Notes under the pieces: generated by a model
Seen by the model: the letters and a program-made list of their open reading frames with translations, nothing else
Databases searched by the model: none
Told to the model about the DNA's origin: nothing
In this document: positions 1-12,390 of the stretch, one piece after another
Layout: each line of letters begins with the position of its first letter
How positions within the stretch are numbered: the first letter of the stretch is position 1
Assembly: GCF_021028975.2 (NCBI RefSeq)
Contig: NC_059433.1
Location: 56,544,001-56,608,000, forward strand
Direction: 5' to 3'
DNA: 64,000 nt
From: Sphaerodactylus townsendi
Lineage: Eukaryota
Made by a program: the position numbers and the translations under genes

Positions 1-235
1 CGGCAACCTTTACCACCCAAAGAGTCATTTGGACCCATTTTCCATAGCCCCGAAGATCTACCGAGCCGAAGAGGCTGCTCCGCATGGAGCCGCCTCCAAT
101 TCGGCCCCTTCACTCACCTTTTCTTCCAGCACTGCTCTGGAGGGCTGGAGGGACACGCCCACGCTACCCTCTGACCTCCAGGCCAGGCAGAGCTGCAGTA
201 TAAGGCTGAAAGAGCCGCAGGGTTGCAGACCCCTG
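1..235. mobile_element. hAT-type MITE truncated by the window start
   Basis: Left remnant cggcaacct and right end ggttgcagacccctg form a CAGGGGT-type TIR; aaagagcc subterminal motifs. Confidence 0.65.
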
Positions 236-355
236 CACTAGAAATACTGCTGGTTTTAGCTTTTTGAGCAACTCCTCGATGTGATCATATCATCTGGAAA
301 TAGAAACATGCATGGTAAATTCAGTCTTCAAATGTCTTATTTGTGAATATCAATT

Positions 356-559
356 GTCACATCAAGTCACAGCTGACAGGGCGACCCCATAGGATTTTTA
401 AGGTGAAAACATTTGGAGGTGTTTTACCATTGCTTGCCTCAAAGTCACAACTAAGGTATTCCTTGGAGATTACCCATCCAAATACTTACCAGGGTTGGCT
501 TTGCTAAGCTTCTGAGATCTAATGAGATCAAGCTAGTCTGGAGATATTTAGATCAGAGT
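356..559 (-). mobile_element. 5S rRNA-derived SINE (5S-Sauria-like) with BovB-like tail
   Basis: cccatccaaatacttaccaggg...gctaagcttctgagatctaatgagatc is a diverged reverse complement of 5S rRNA, joined to the BovB/Sauria-type 3' segment tcaagtcacagctgac...ggcgacccc. Confidence 0.75.
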
Positions 560-1779
560 AAAGGTTAAGTAATCACTATTAAAATTCTTAATGCAAAGTT
601 GAAGTCATCATCTTCTGGTTGGTACATCTGGGTTCATTTCCCAGGGATGGACCTAATAATAGCTGCCCTGTCTTTTCTTAAAATTTCCCTGCTCCTGCTT
701 GTGTCCTCCCCCCCACCCATAAACATTGTATTTTCTTCTCTGTACAATGGCAGATTAGTACCAGCACCTGCCTGGGGATTACAAATGCTGAAATCCACTA
801 ATTACAGCCTCCTGACAATCATAGCAAATAAAATAACAACACTAGTCAGGGACTGAATTGTAGTGGAACATGGCATTTCGCCCTATTTATAAATATGTAC
901 AATGAATAAACAAACCTTCACCACACGGAGAACCTGTGTTTCCATTTATAGAGATGGCTCATGTTCTAAACCCATTGACAAAACCTAGTTATGGTCCAGA
1001 ACTTCCAGTACCAGCCTTCCAAGATTGTAGGCTCCTGCCTACACTGGTATTTTTCAAAACAATGTATATTTTCATTTGGACATTTTTTTAGTTCTTCCAG
1101 TGGCCAGATGGTCTATACTCTAGTAAGAGGAGTGAATGTAATGATGCTTTTAAAAGTGTGACAAATCCAATTATACATGAAAGGCTTACATCATGGCTGG
1201 CAGGTATGGAGTGGATTTGCAGTGGGCTCTCATTGTGGTTTTCCATTTACACATGAGGAGATAGCCCACAGCCAGCATTGCAGTTGTCTGTCAGCCTCAT
1301 CTTCTTCCATTTCTCTTAACTCTGCCCATCAACAGCCTTAAAGGCACAAAGCTCATCACACCAGGAATTTCCCCCTCGCCTCCTCTCCCCACATAAACAC
1401 ACATGCACTCGGGGCTCAGGGAGATGATGGACAGGCTGTGTGGTCCCCTTCCATGGCTTCTCAGAAAGATGTCCTCCAGGTTGCTGTCAGCAGGCAGAAG
1501 CACCACTCTGTCAAGTGGGCTGGCAGTGTTGCCCGCCATCCACAGCATCCCCATGTAGTAGGGTTGGCTGTCCTGCTCCCTGTCCCAGTTCCTCCAATGG
1601 CGTTTGTGGGCAGCGGTGGTCCACAGCTCAGCCCTTCTTGGAGGTGAAGCCCTTGGGAGGCCTCGGGCAGTGGTGGGTGGTGGCCGGACACTCTTGGCCA
1701 CATAGAGTGCAGAGTTTGTTGAGCGCCTCAAGCCATTATAATATAATAGTATTGATGTTTTCATAGCAGCATTTGGAGG

Positions 1780-2436
1780 AGCATCATCCAAAAGTTCATC
1801 AAAATTTGTTTGTCTAAGTTTGTAACTTTCAATGCCCAGAATGCTCAGTGCAGACAACCTCCATTGAGATATTGTGACCCTTAATCATTTTTAATTCTTT
1901 TGAGTTTTGAAAAAGATCTCCCTCCCAAGCAGTTAGTGACCATTAAGCTATGAAATAGCCGCAAGATCGCTTCCACATTAGGGAAGGCCATCCAAATTTG
2001 TCCCTTGTATATATTTTGATAAAGGTCAGTATGAGACTGAGAGTGCTTTTCTGTAGGCCTATGACTTTGTCTCATGTACAAGTGAAAGTGCAAAAGTTCA
2101 TCAGGATGTTTCAGGTCAACATCTTCTGGGTTTGCTTTCATCAACTGTTCAACATCTTGCTGAATTTCTTGCTTAAATGCTGTCAGATTAACAAGAAAGG
2201 AAAACTTTTGTGCAATATCACTGTACGCAGTAGCTCTTATTTTAAAATTGGCTTCAAATATAGAATAAGAATAAACGATTTAATCCTAAACTTATCTCCT
2301 AAAGAAAGTTAATCTAAGATCGGGATATCTGTCATTTCCTTGTCATTTCCTTACTTTTTGACTCCTTGTAACTGTATGTACTTAACATTTGGCAAGGTGG
2401 TTTTTGCTTGTTGTTCAGGCTCATCAAAATATTATC

Positions 2437-2437
<1 letters not shown>
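1780..2437 (-). pseudogene. Decayed hAT transposase fragment (C-terminal dimerisation domain)
   Basis: FPNVEAILRLFHSLMVTNCLGGRSFSKLKRIKND* followed by LSALSILGIES, the hAT C-terminal motif, broken by stops and frameshifts. Confidence 0.8.
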
Positions 2438-2467
<30 letters not shown>

Positions 2468-2471
2468 TTTT
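2438..2471. repeat. (TTTA)n microsatellite
   Basis: Read directly from the sequence. Confidence 0.9.
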
Positions 2472-2512
2472 GAGCTCTCTCGACTGCTTCATATCAGAAT
2501 AGCTAATATTAA

Positions 2513-3302
2513 TGTCCTGCGCCCGGGGTGGGGGTCCTGCCAGGACCCCTGTTGCCAACCCACCTCCCTTTCCCGGCTGCTGGGACTACCGGCCTCACTC
2601 CCGTTGTCCGGGGAGTGGACTATGCGGGGCAGCCGCTTTACCCACGGTTTGCGCGGGCTGCCCACAGTTGACCCAGGGACCACAAGAAACCAGGCAGGGA
2701 GAGTACACTAGCCTCCCTGCCGGCCCGAGGGCTGCTGGCCTCCGCCGCCTCCCCCTCCTCTGGCCCCTCCGTCGGTCTGCTACCCCTCCTTCTCTCCAGG
2801 ACGTTCCTCCCTGAAGCTGTCTCCCTCCCTCTCTGGCTTCCTCTCTGTCCTCTTTGTTGCCTCTCTCTGTTTTCTCTCTCACCACCCTCCACGCGCGCAC
2901 ACACCCTCCTTCCCTCCTCCTCGCCTGCACTCTTCCCCTCCGTGTCGAGGCTGCGCCTTTTTATCCCCTCTGCAGCCAGCCCCCGGCCTGAAAACCCCGG
3001 CCATCAGCTGGACAGGAGCCAGCTGGCCGGGTTCGCCAGGCCCGGTCTTCCCCGCTGCCTCCTGCCTCCAGATCTTCGCCTGACGCACCGCTGGCCAGGC
3101 AACAGGTGAGGCGGCCGGGAGCGTTTCCACCTCGCCGGCGCTGGCGGCAATCGGGCTCGGCGCCCTTCCGAGCCGCGCTTGCGCGGCGACGAGGCTCCCC
3201 CTCCCTTGCGGCGGCGCCTTGCGCTGGCGAGCGGGCGTCCGGTCGCTGCGGGCGGGGCCGCAAGTCCGGGGAGGGGGTGGGGGCTACCCCCGCTCCCGGA
3301 CA
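2513..3302 (-). mobile_element. Young GC/CpG-rich solo LTR (Gypsy/ERV type)
   Basis: Termini TGTCC...GGACA; perfect 5-bp TSD ATTAA (2508-2512, 3303-3307); minus-strand GATAAAAAGG TATA-like box at 2956-2965; 790 bp. Confidence 0.85.
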
Positions 3303-5221
3303 ATTAACAACTATTTTTAGTTTTCATATTTGTTTTCACTGTAATAATGATAATAACAAATGTGGACCCCCCGTTAATAAAATAAATGGTCATCCCAGTT
3401 TTACAGTAAAGTAAGATTTTGCCTGTTAGGATCCAACTCAATACCAAATACAAGAGTTTTAAGGAACAACCCCTCTCTTCTAAGGTAGATTGAGCTAAAT
3501 TAAAGAATTTAAAGCTTCATAGGTTTTAATGGAAGATGCATAAGAATGCACATAAGTTTCCATTGAAATTTGTGATTGATTATACTGCTGCAACCCAAGA
3601 ACCCTTTCCCAGGAATAAGCCACATTCAATAAAGTGGGACTTATTTCCAGGTAGACCTTTTTAGGGTACTTACTTACTCAGAGTACTTACCCTTGGATTT
3701 ATCACACTGGTGATGATTGGCTTAGCCTGGTATGAAAACAGTTACCCCTCCCCAATAGTTTTAGTAGCTCTTGAGATGGGAATCAAAATGCAATAGCCAT
3801 TGAAAGACATTTCTGTTGTTGTCTAGCTCTACTTCTTTCTCTAGTTTTCATTCATTGGCCTTATTCTTCCTAGCATCGACACAACATTTACAAACAAGAT
3901 AAAACGCTCATTATGTTGGAAAGGGAAGATCCTAACTGATTCTGAAGCAGAAATGATCATAACAAAGCTCTTGGAATATTGCAAACCTGCAAAGATATTT
4001 TTTGTAGTGTGAAAAGACACAAATCAAAATCTACAAAGTCATTTTAATGCACTTTAAAAAACATAAATTCCCTTTTAAAGCCCCAATCTGTTACAGATGT
4101 CTAACTGATGACAGGTAGTATGATTAACATACTAGACACTTGCAAAAAGATTCTACCACTATGAAAATGTTAAATCAGAGCTCCTAGGCAAAACTGTTAA
4201 AAACAGACTTTTTTGTGTGAAACCATTTGCACAAATGAAACTAATAGATTTTTATATAAACCATCTGTTGGTGCAGAAGCATTAAAATGTGAAATCACGT
4301 TTGAGAACCCTCAGAGACATCTTCTGACTGTTATATATAAAAACAGAAAATACTCTAGCTTTCCTCTTGTCTATTGGAGGTCAGGCTCACCAGAGAACTA
4401 ATTCTGGCCAATTACCTTGCCTTTGCCAACAAAGCCACTCTGGTTTCAGGGCAATATGTGTATGTAGAGATCACAGTCCCAGAACATCAAATGATAAACA
4501 AACTCATTTCAGGAAACACTGTTGTGTGCATACATAGGAGGCCATGTTTGAGATAAGTTTTTTTAATGTAAAACTTCTAAGGAAATTACACTCAAAATAA
4601 TAGTTTCTTTTCAGTTTTTAAAAAATGAAATCCAAGTGCAGAATTCTAAAGATGGAGAGATTGCGGAGTACACAGTTTTTACATGTAATTGACAGCTTGG
4701 GGGCCTCAATATGTTTAGAAATTTCTGAGTAGAAGCAACTTATTTGCATTTAAAAGGACTGTGCCAATTTGAAGCAGAATCTGTTGGTTTATTATTAAGA
4801 GCCTCCAAAATATTCTAAAACATCTCTTTAATTCAGACATAAGTTCAACTTCCTGGTTCTTTGTGTGGATTGACAAAATACTAATATATTTATGAATATA
4901 TTTACATCACTATTGAAAGAAGGTTTCAAATCTCTGATTCTTTTTGCACATTTACTAAATGCCAGTTTGGTTTCTCACAATGAAATGGGACTGGCCTAAT
5001 TTCTAAATTAATCAGAAATGGTACCCAAGCCCCACACACACTCACTAGGATAGCAATTAAACCAGGCTTGATGCTGTCCAAGAGGACAAGTGATATAAGA
5101 TACTATAAAGTTCAAAAAACCCCCCCAAAATCCTGGTGTTTGCTAAATCTTAGCACAACTACTCTTAGATAATAGAAGTTCCTATAGAACAGGTGAAGCA
5201 ATTTAAATACTTAAATTAATG

Positions 5222-5620
5222 GGGTGGCAGGGATTGGGTCCTTAGGTGGGAGTGACCATGTTCTCCTGGAGTTCGTTATACAATGGAAAGAGGATGCCAA
5301 GTCTAGTCAGACACACGTTCTAGACTTTAAGAAAGCTGATTTCAGTAAACTTAAGAAACTACTGGGTGTGATCCCATGGTTAAGAATACTGAAAAAGAAG
5401 GGAGTACAAGATGGATGGGAATTTCTTAAAAGTGAGATCTCAAAGGCACAATTTCAAACAGTTCCAATGAGGAGAAAAAAATGAGTGGTTTTTAAAGAAA
5501 CCAGGATGGAAGTCTAAAGAACTTTCAAGTGAGCTTAGATACAAAAGGGACATGTACAAGAAATGGAAAAGGGGGAGAATTACTAAAGAGAAATTCAAAC
5601 AAATAGCCAAGACATGTAGA
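5222..5620 (+). mobile_element. CR1 LINE ORF2 internal fragment
   Basis: LGGSDHVLLEF (end of the endonuclease) ... LDFKKADFSKLK ... GVQDGWEFLKSEI, typical CR1 linker region. Confidence 0.85.
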
Positions 5621-5810
5621 TTCCCTTTGGTCATTTCTCAATGCACTGAACTTCTGTTATGCAAAAGAAATTGTCATCACTTCACTGTGCATACTTACTA
5701 GGTAGGACAAGTAATAGCCTTGTTCGCTTAACTGTCAACAACAGGAGTGGTCTAAATATAGGTATAAGATACATTTCCTCTCCAACTGTAGCACAACTAT
5801 GGCTGTCTAG

Positions 5811-6290
5811 GGCCCTTTCTGCACGGGGCCTAAAACAGCAATCCAGGGACTGAAAAACACCGGTCCCTGGGGAGCTGTCCTGTGCGGCCCCAAGTGGCGT
5901 GAAGGCGCCACTTTCCACTTCCCTTCCCGAGGGAGGTTTTTGGAAAGCACCACCTTCCCATTGGCACAGTGCAAACCGTACCGGGCCGAAGGCGCTGCTT
6001 TCCCATCCCCCCCACTCACCTCGTCCTCCAGTGTCGATCTGGAGGGCTGCTGTGACCCGCCCACACTGCCCTTTGACCCCTGGAGGTTGGAGGACAGCAT
6101 GGGCGGGTCCCTGCAGCCCTCCAGACCGATGCTGGCGGACAAGGTGAGTGAGGGGATGCAGAAGAGGCGGCTCTTCTGTGCTGGCCTCTGCAGGGGCCGC
6201 TCGCATGCTCCTGTGCGAATGGCCCCCTCCCCTCCCCCAGCATAATTTCTGCCGGTGGAGAGGCGTCCTTTCCGCTGTGCAGAAAGGGCC
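5811..6290. mobile_element. PIF/Harbinger-like MITE
   Basis: Perfect 14-bp TIR GGCCCTTTCTGCAC / GTGCAGAAAGGGCC; 3-bp TSD TAG; internal palindrome 6013-6150. Confidence 0.85.
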
Positions 6291-7010
6291 TAGGTGAAGC
6301 TGGAGTACATATGAGATTTCCTCTCATGTCATCTTTCCCAGTGGCACAGTAAATTAAGGTGCCATGGGAGAGGTTAAAGAAGAAATTGTGGTTTTGGTAA
6401 GATTATACATCTCTGTGTTAATGGTCACTAGACAGATATGTAAAGGTATGAAAATGTCAATGTTCCTTCACATGCAGGTCCCAAATCTTGGTTCCAGGGA
6501 TCTTAGTCTCTGTACCCAAATGTGCAAATTTGGGGATTGTGATGACATTTCAGATGGAATTATGAAGGAAACCAGGAGAGATTAATTGAGCTAGGTTTGA
6601 TCTTCAATAAAGGCAAAACCAAAATGCTAGAAAAGTGAATAGATGCAAAGGTAATTGTACAAAGTATACCAGGACTGGAAACATGCTAGAATTAATTTAT
6701 CACATATATGCAAATCATGCACATTAGGGGTTAAGCAATCAATCAACCATTTATACAATTCCTTGCGGAAACTATCCCATTTAAGCTAGAGTTATTGTTC
6801 AAATACTTGTCCAAACTGAAACCCACCTGTTTGTTCCTATAAGATGTCCCGATGAGTGAGGATAAGAGAATAAAAAGGAGGAAGGAGAAGGGGTGTTGAG
6901 GGTCAGGAGGCTTCTGTGCAGGGGTGTCACTGAACCAGCATGTAAGTAAAGTCATTTGATTAAGGAAGGCTAAGGAAAATATTGGAAGGCAGTGGAGAGG
7001 GAGAATCTTA

Positions 7011-7515
7011 GACCCTTTCTGCACAGCAAATGTAACATGGATTGCAGCCGGGATAAATGAACCCGACATAGTCCTAGGCCATTTGGATGGATGGCTGTCC
7101 CACAGTCAGTGAGTGCATTGGCTGGGATGTACACCTTCACACGGAGGCGTGTATTATCTTTTTTATTTACCTCCCATTGATGCATAGATGAGCAGGCATG
7201 CACAAGTGAACCCCCACAGCCATGCTGTCTGACATCACAACCCTGTGTGCCTGCGTGGCTACACAGATGGGCACCGGGAATTTTTTTAAAAAAACACAAG
7301 GCGGAAAAAAGTGTCTCCCTTCCCAGCAGTTTGCTCACAAGTGGCTGAAACCCAGGATTTAAAAAAAGAATCACAGATATTGTGATTCTTGAATACCCCA
7401 TTTTGGGGGCAATAACACGGGCAGACTTGCAGGAGGGGAACCATGCAAAGTTCCCACCCACAACAGATTTTTTACCGTGGTTATCCCAGGTTTATTGGCC
7501 TGTGCGGAAAGGGCC
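7011..7515. mobile_element. PIF/Harbinger-like MITE (related TIR, different interior)
   Basis: TIR gaccctttctgcacag / ctgtgcggaaagggcc; flanks tta/ttc. Confidence 0.7.
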
Positions 7516-7827
7516 TTCGAGAAGGAAGGAGGGAACCTTCATAATCTGCCTGATTCTTCAATGTGTATTTGGCCTCAGTTCCAAAGTGGCAAGGGAACAA
7601 TCTGAGCAGAGTAAACTGTCAACTGTTGAAGCAGTGGAGGAATAGTTGTGGGAGGCAGGGAGAAGTGTGTATGAACCACTAGAGTCTATTTTTTTTTCTT
7701 GCAGTTCCAGTGGCAGGGAAACAGTTCAAGGGATGGGGGAGATAGCCCAAGCCTAAGCTGCCAGATCAGAAGAGAAGCTTAAATACAAAAGTTTTATGTC
7801 CTTTCTTTGACAGCATCAGGAAACAAA

Positions 7828-7829
<2 letters not shown>

Positions 7830-7889
<60 letters not shown>

Positions 7890-7917
7890 CAGAGAGAGAG
7901 AGAAAGAGAGAGAGAGA
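7830..7917. repeat. (TG)n-(AG)n compound microsatellite at the 3' tail of the adjacent RTE element
   Basis: Read directly from the sequence. Confidence 0.95.
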
Positions 7918-7919
7918 TA

Positions 7920-8995
7920 CACTGTCAATTTGCTTCCAGTTTATGGCGACCCTATGAATTTCTGTCCTCCAAAATCCCCTGCAAGACCTTGATGAGGTCT
8001 TGCAGACTTGATGAGGTCTTGCAGACTGAGAACCATGCCTTTTTCTATAGAGGGAATCTATCTCAGACTGGGTCTTCCTCGTTTCCTGCTGTCTTCAACT
8101 TCTTCTATACTTTTTTTCTTTCCCAATGGCTCTTGACGTCTCATAATGGGACCAAATTACGACAGCCTCAGTTTAGTAATTTTAGTTCCTAGGGATAGTT
8201 CAGGTTTGATTTGATCTAATTTTTTGGGGTGGTGGTGGTGGTGTCCATGGTATCCATAATACTCTTCTCAACCACGACATTTCAGATGAACTACTTTCTT
8301 CCTGTCAGCTTTCTGCACTGTCCAACTTTCACACCATACATAGTAATGGGGAATACTATGGCATGAATTAACTTGATCTTAGATCCTGATGACACATCTT
8401 TACACTTAAGAATCTTTTGTAGTTCCTTCCTGGCTGTCCTTCTCAGTCTCAATCACCTTATAATTTCCTGGTTGCTGTCTCTGTTTTGGTTGATGGAACA
8501 GAAAGGAACGGCCGAAGAACAGAAAATCTTGAACATTTTTAATTTCTTCATGGTCAGCTTTAAAGTTGTGTAATCCCTGTATTCATTAACTATGTTTTAT
8601 TTATTTATTTATTGGGCTTATTATACCGCCCACCCACTAAGGGCTCTGGACGGTGTACAAAATTACCTTAAAACACCTTAAAACTTCAATAAACACCAAT
8701 AACAGTTTAAAACATAAGCAATCAACACAAACAAGTTATAACAGATGGCGACTCGTAACAATGCAGCCTCTTTCTCTCTTGGGAGGGGATTGGGCAATGA
8801 TGACAATAGTCAGTTGTTAAGACATACAGGGGATTTTATGCTAGCTCAGTTGTAATCCTGCTTTGGCACTTTCTGCTTTAACCTTCACCAGGAGTCATTT
8901 CAAGTCTTCACTATTTTCAGCCAGCAATGTTGTGTCATCTGCATATCTCAAATTGTGAATGTTCCTTCCACCAATTTTAATTCTGCCTTCATCCA
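7920..8995 (-). mobile_element. RTE-BovB-like LINE, 5'-truncated and decayed; interrupted by an L2 tail at about 8596-8790
   Basis: Minus-strand IKIGGRNIHNLRYADDTTLLAENSEDLK (RT YADD), degenerate RTE C-terminal motifs near 8250-8330, BovB-like 3' end ttatggcgaccctatg. Confidence 0.85.
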
Positions 8996-10899
8996 GTATT
9001 TGGACTGTGTGGCTGTGAGAAACCTACAACAGCACAGAAAACCTATAACAGAGAGTTGACTTTGGCTGTAAAAACCATTGACAATACACTAGTGCAGCTT
9101 GTGTTATGATATGTTCTGCAAAAAGATTGAACATTTAGGGAGATAAAATACATCCTTGTCTGACCACTTTGCCAGTTGGAAACTTTTCTGTCAACCCAAT
9201 CTAAAGGCCCGGGCAGCAAAGGATGGTTCTGCTGCCATGCGGCCTCCAGATGGCTTTCCAGTAATTCTGGAAGGCAGAAAAAGCAACTGCCACACTGTTG
9301 AAAGTCCTCCATAAGGGTAGCATAAGTCCAAGGCTTAGGATGTGGTGTAAGTGATTGCAAAGCCAGGGTGGAAACTAATGTCAACTTTACCCCTGAGTGT
9401 GCCTCTGGCACACACTCACTATGGAGTGCCAGAAGGCTGTGATATTTGGCCACCAGCTTGTTTTCCTTCCACAGGGGTAAGTGCCCCAGGGAGAGCAAAT
9501 CTGCCAGCGCATGCCTGCATTACCTCCACGTGGATTCCGCTCCCTCCTGATTGGGCCAGGTGTCTCCATATTCTGTCCCACCAATAGCCTCTTGTCCAGA
9601 GTTCAATTTGCATATCAAAACAATCAGCTGCTGTGGCTCACCCATTTCCTTAAAACTGGCCATAGCTTTTCATGATCACACTAGTTCCTCCTAATTGTTC
9701 TCAGTGCAGGTTTCACTTCACTTTCTAAAACAGTAAGTTCTTCTTCCAAACTCAAGTTATTCTCTGGGGAATCCTAATGGTGCTGGTGATCAGTTTGACT
9801 CCCTGAAGAATGGCTTGATTAACCTGCATGATGAAGGACTCTCCTGACTCCCCAAGGTAAACTGAAATGTACGTTTGTTGTTCTACAGAGTTAAAGAACA
9901 GTTTTGATTTGGGGGTGTGGCAGTTTGCCTTATCAGAAGATGACCCTTGATTGCATGGGCACCTGATCCACTGGTTTGATGCCAAATGGCATCTCCCTTC
10001 ACCTCTGGCTACATAGAGCCCTGGTTCTTAGGAAGCTCTGGAAACCATAGTTCCTGGCAGAGAATGGTCTATGGGTAACAGTGCTGAATAAATGCAGTCT
10101 GGGTATGTAAAAGGAAGATATTTCTAGGCAATATTTTATGTTTATTTTAGTAGGTTTATATACCGCCCTTGCCAATATGGGCTTCAGGCAGGAGAAGAGC
10201 AATGAGGGAAAATTGTTTCACAGGGTGAGAGGCCAGAAGCCCTATATTTTTCAGCTGTATTGGGAAGATCTGAAGTTCCAATATTTGATTATAACTTATC
10301 TCTGAAAATATAGTAGTAATTATCTCAAGTATGCATATTTTTTATTTAAATGAATGCAATATAGCCATTTTAATCTGAACTTGAAATACTTTGTTCAGTG
10401 GCCATATTATCTATTGCCTATGTCCTAGACATTCATCTGCCAGGCAGTCTGGAGAATACGGTTCCTCAAAGGATTACAGCATGACAATTGTTCTTTGCAA
10501 ATAAAATTCACATCTGTTCTGACAACTTATTTCAGTCTGATGCAACTTGAAAAGGTCGAGATTAATCCCAGAAAATCAGAGTTCTATTGGAAAGGCCAAA
10601 TCAACTTTAATTGTTGCACATTGCTATTTATATTGACATTTAGCCACAGTAGAATATTATTCTTTTCAGTGCTAATGTTTGATTTGGAAATCTCAGTTGC
10701 TTATACTTGATATTGAAATGTAATTATCTTGCATAATTTAGTATATATCTTAATGATAGCTTCACTAATCTGGAACATGCTTCTTGTATATTCACCTGAC
10801 ATTTATCCATTGTATGCCAGCACTTCTCAGCTGTGTCATCTTTTCCCTGTGGGGTACATAGCAGATGGGAAATTTAAACGTTGGTAATATGAATTTCAA

Positions 10900-12390
10900 A
10901 TATAAGAGCTCAAGAAGAGCCATGCTGGGTGAGACCAGTAGTCCATCTAGTCCTGCAGCAATCTGATTCATCCAGTGGCCAACCAGTAGTCTTGGAGAGC
11001 AAGCATCAAGACATAGAGGCCAAAACTTTGTCCTGATGTTACACTCTAGTATTGAGTTTCAGGAATTTGATGATTTCTGTAATCACCATGGATAACAGGA
11101 ATTAGTGGACCTATCCTCTTAATATATCTAACCCCATTTTAAAGCTATCCATGCTCATGGCCTTCTCTACACCCACAGTGAATTGCACAATTTAATTATT
11201 TGTTAAATAAAGTGGTATTTCCATTTTCTCTGACCTGAACCTATTGCCCATCAACTTCATTGGGTGCCTCTAAGGTACTCTAACAGTGCAATACTAAGCA
11301 GAACTACACCAGTTTAAGTCCACTGATTGATTTTTTGGTACTGCTGCTTAGGACAGCAGTGTATATACACTTTCTCCACATCATACATACTTTTATACAC
11401 CTTTCTGCCTCCTCTCTGCTGGGTTTTTTTTCACAGTCTCTTCAGCTTTTCCTCACGGAAAAGGCTGCAGCTTCTTGGTTGTACTTTTCCCAACTCTGTG
11501 ATACAATTGTTGAAATATGGCAAACAGAACTGTACATAATACTCCAACTGAGGCAGCACCATAGATCTATGTAGGAACACTTCAGTATTGGCCATTTATT
11601 TTCAGTTCATATTCTGATAATTCCTGGCAGTTTTTACCATTTTCACCAGCANNNNNNNNNNNNNNNNNNNNNNNNNNNNNNNNNNNNNNNNNNNNNNNNN
11701 NNNNNNNNNNNNNNNNNNNNNNNNNNNNNNNNNNNNNNNNNNNNNNNNNNNNNNNNNNNNNNNNNNNNNNNNNNNNNNNNNNNNNNNNNNNNNNNNNNNN
11801 NNNNNNNNNNNNNNNNNNNNNNNNNNNNNCCCAGTTGTATGCGCAGACAAAAATGGGGCATCTCAGGCCCCCTTTTATTGAGCTAACCACTAAAACGCAC
11901 CTTTCCCTCTCAGTCCAAGCCAATTCAAATCCCATCTACATATATTTACTTTTTTTGTTCCAGCCTGTATGGAACTTAATTTGTGATATTGTTGTTCACA
12001 GTTCAGAGATATTCTACTGTACCTTTTCACAATCTACTTTGGGTTTTATTGTTCTGGATCATTTTGAATTATCTGCAAATCTGGAAATTTATCTGCTCAC
12101 TCCCAATGTCAAATTAGTACCTGCTTTCCTCAATTGAGAAAGCTGTCCATTTATTCCTACTTGTCTGCTTCCAGCTGTTTTAATAAACTCTTAATACATA
12201 AAGGCACCCATCCTCTTATCCCATGACTGCTAAGCTTACTCAAGAGTCTTTGTTGAGGGACCTTGCCAAAAGCTTTTTTGAAGTTCAAGTATAGAATGTC
12301 CATTGGATCATCCTCATGCTTATTAACCTTCTCAATTTTTTTCACAAGGTTGTAAGGCAGAACTTCTTTCACAGAAGCCACACATGCTTT
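10900..12390 (-). mobile_element. CR1 LINE fragment (RT region to 3' UTR), spanning an N gap
   Basis: DILYLNFKKAFGKVPQQRLLSKLSSHGIRG matches the CR1 YLDFxKAFDKVPH motif; CR1-type 3' end aagaagagccatgctgg...gtccatctagtcc. Confidence 0.8.
11652..11829. other. Assembly gap
   Basis: Run of N. Confidence 1.

Noticed and set aside
470-545. 5S rRNA gene
   Set aside because: Partial, diverged and fused to a BovB-like tail, so it is a SINE.
1297-1857. 186-aa ORF as a gene
   Set aside because: Only the first ~25 residues are hAT transposase remnant; the rest has no recognisable similarity.
2489-3414. Multiple overlapping Arg/Gly/Pro-rich ORFs
   Set aside because: By-product of high GC in a solo LTR; the same applies to ORFs at 5682-6327 and 51753-52485 inside MITEs.
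9014-9718. Solo LTR related to 40038-41022
   Set aside because: Only weak end similarity, no TSD, and a MITE-like piece inside; boundaries could not be supported.
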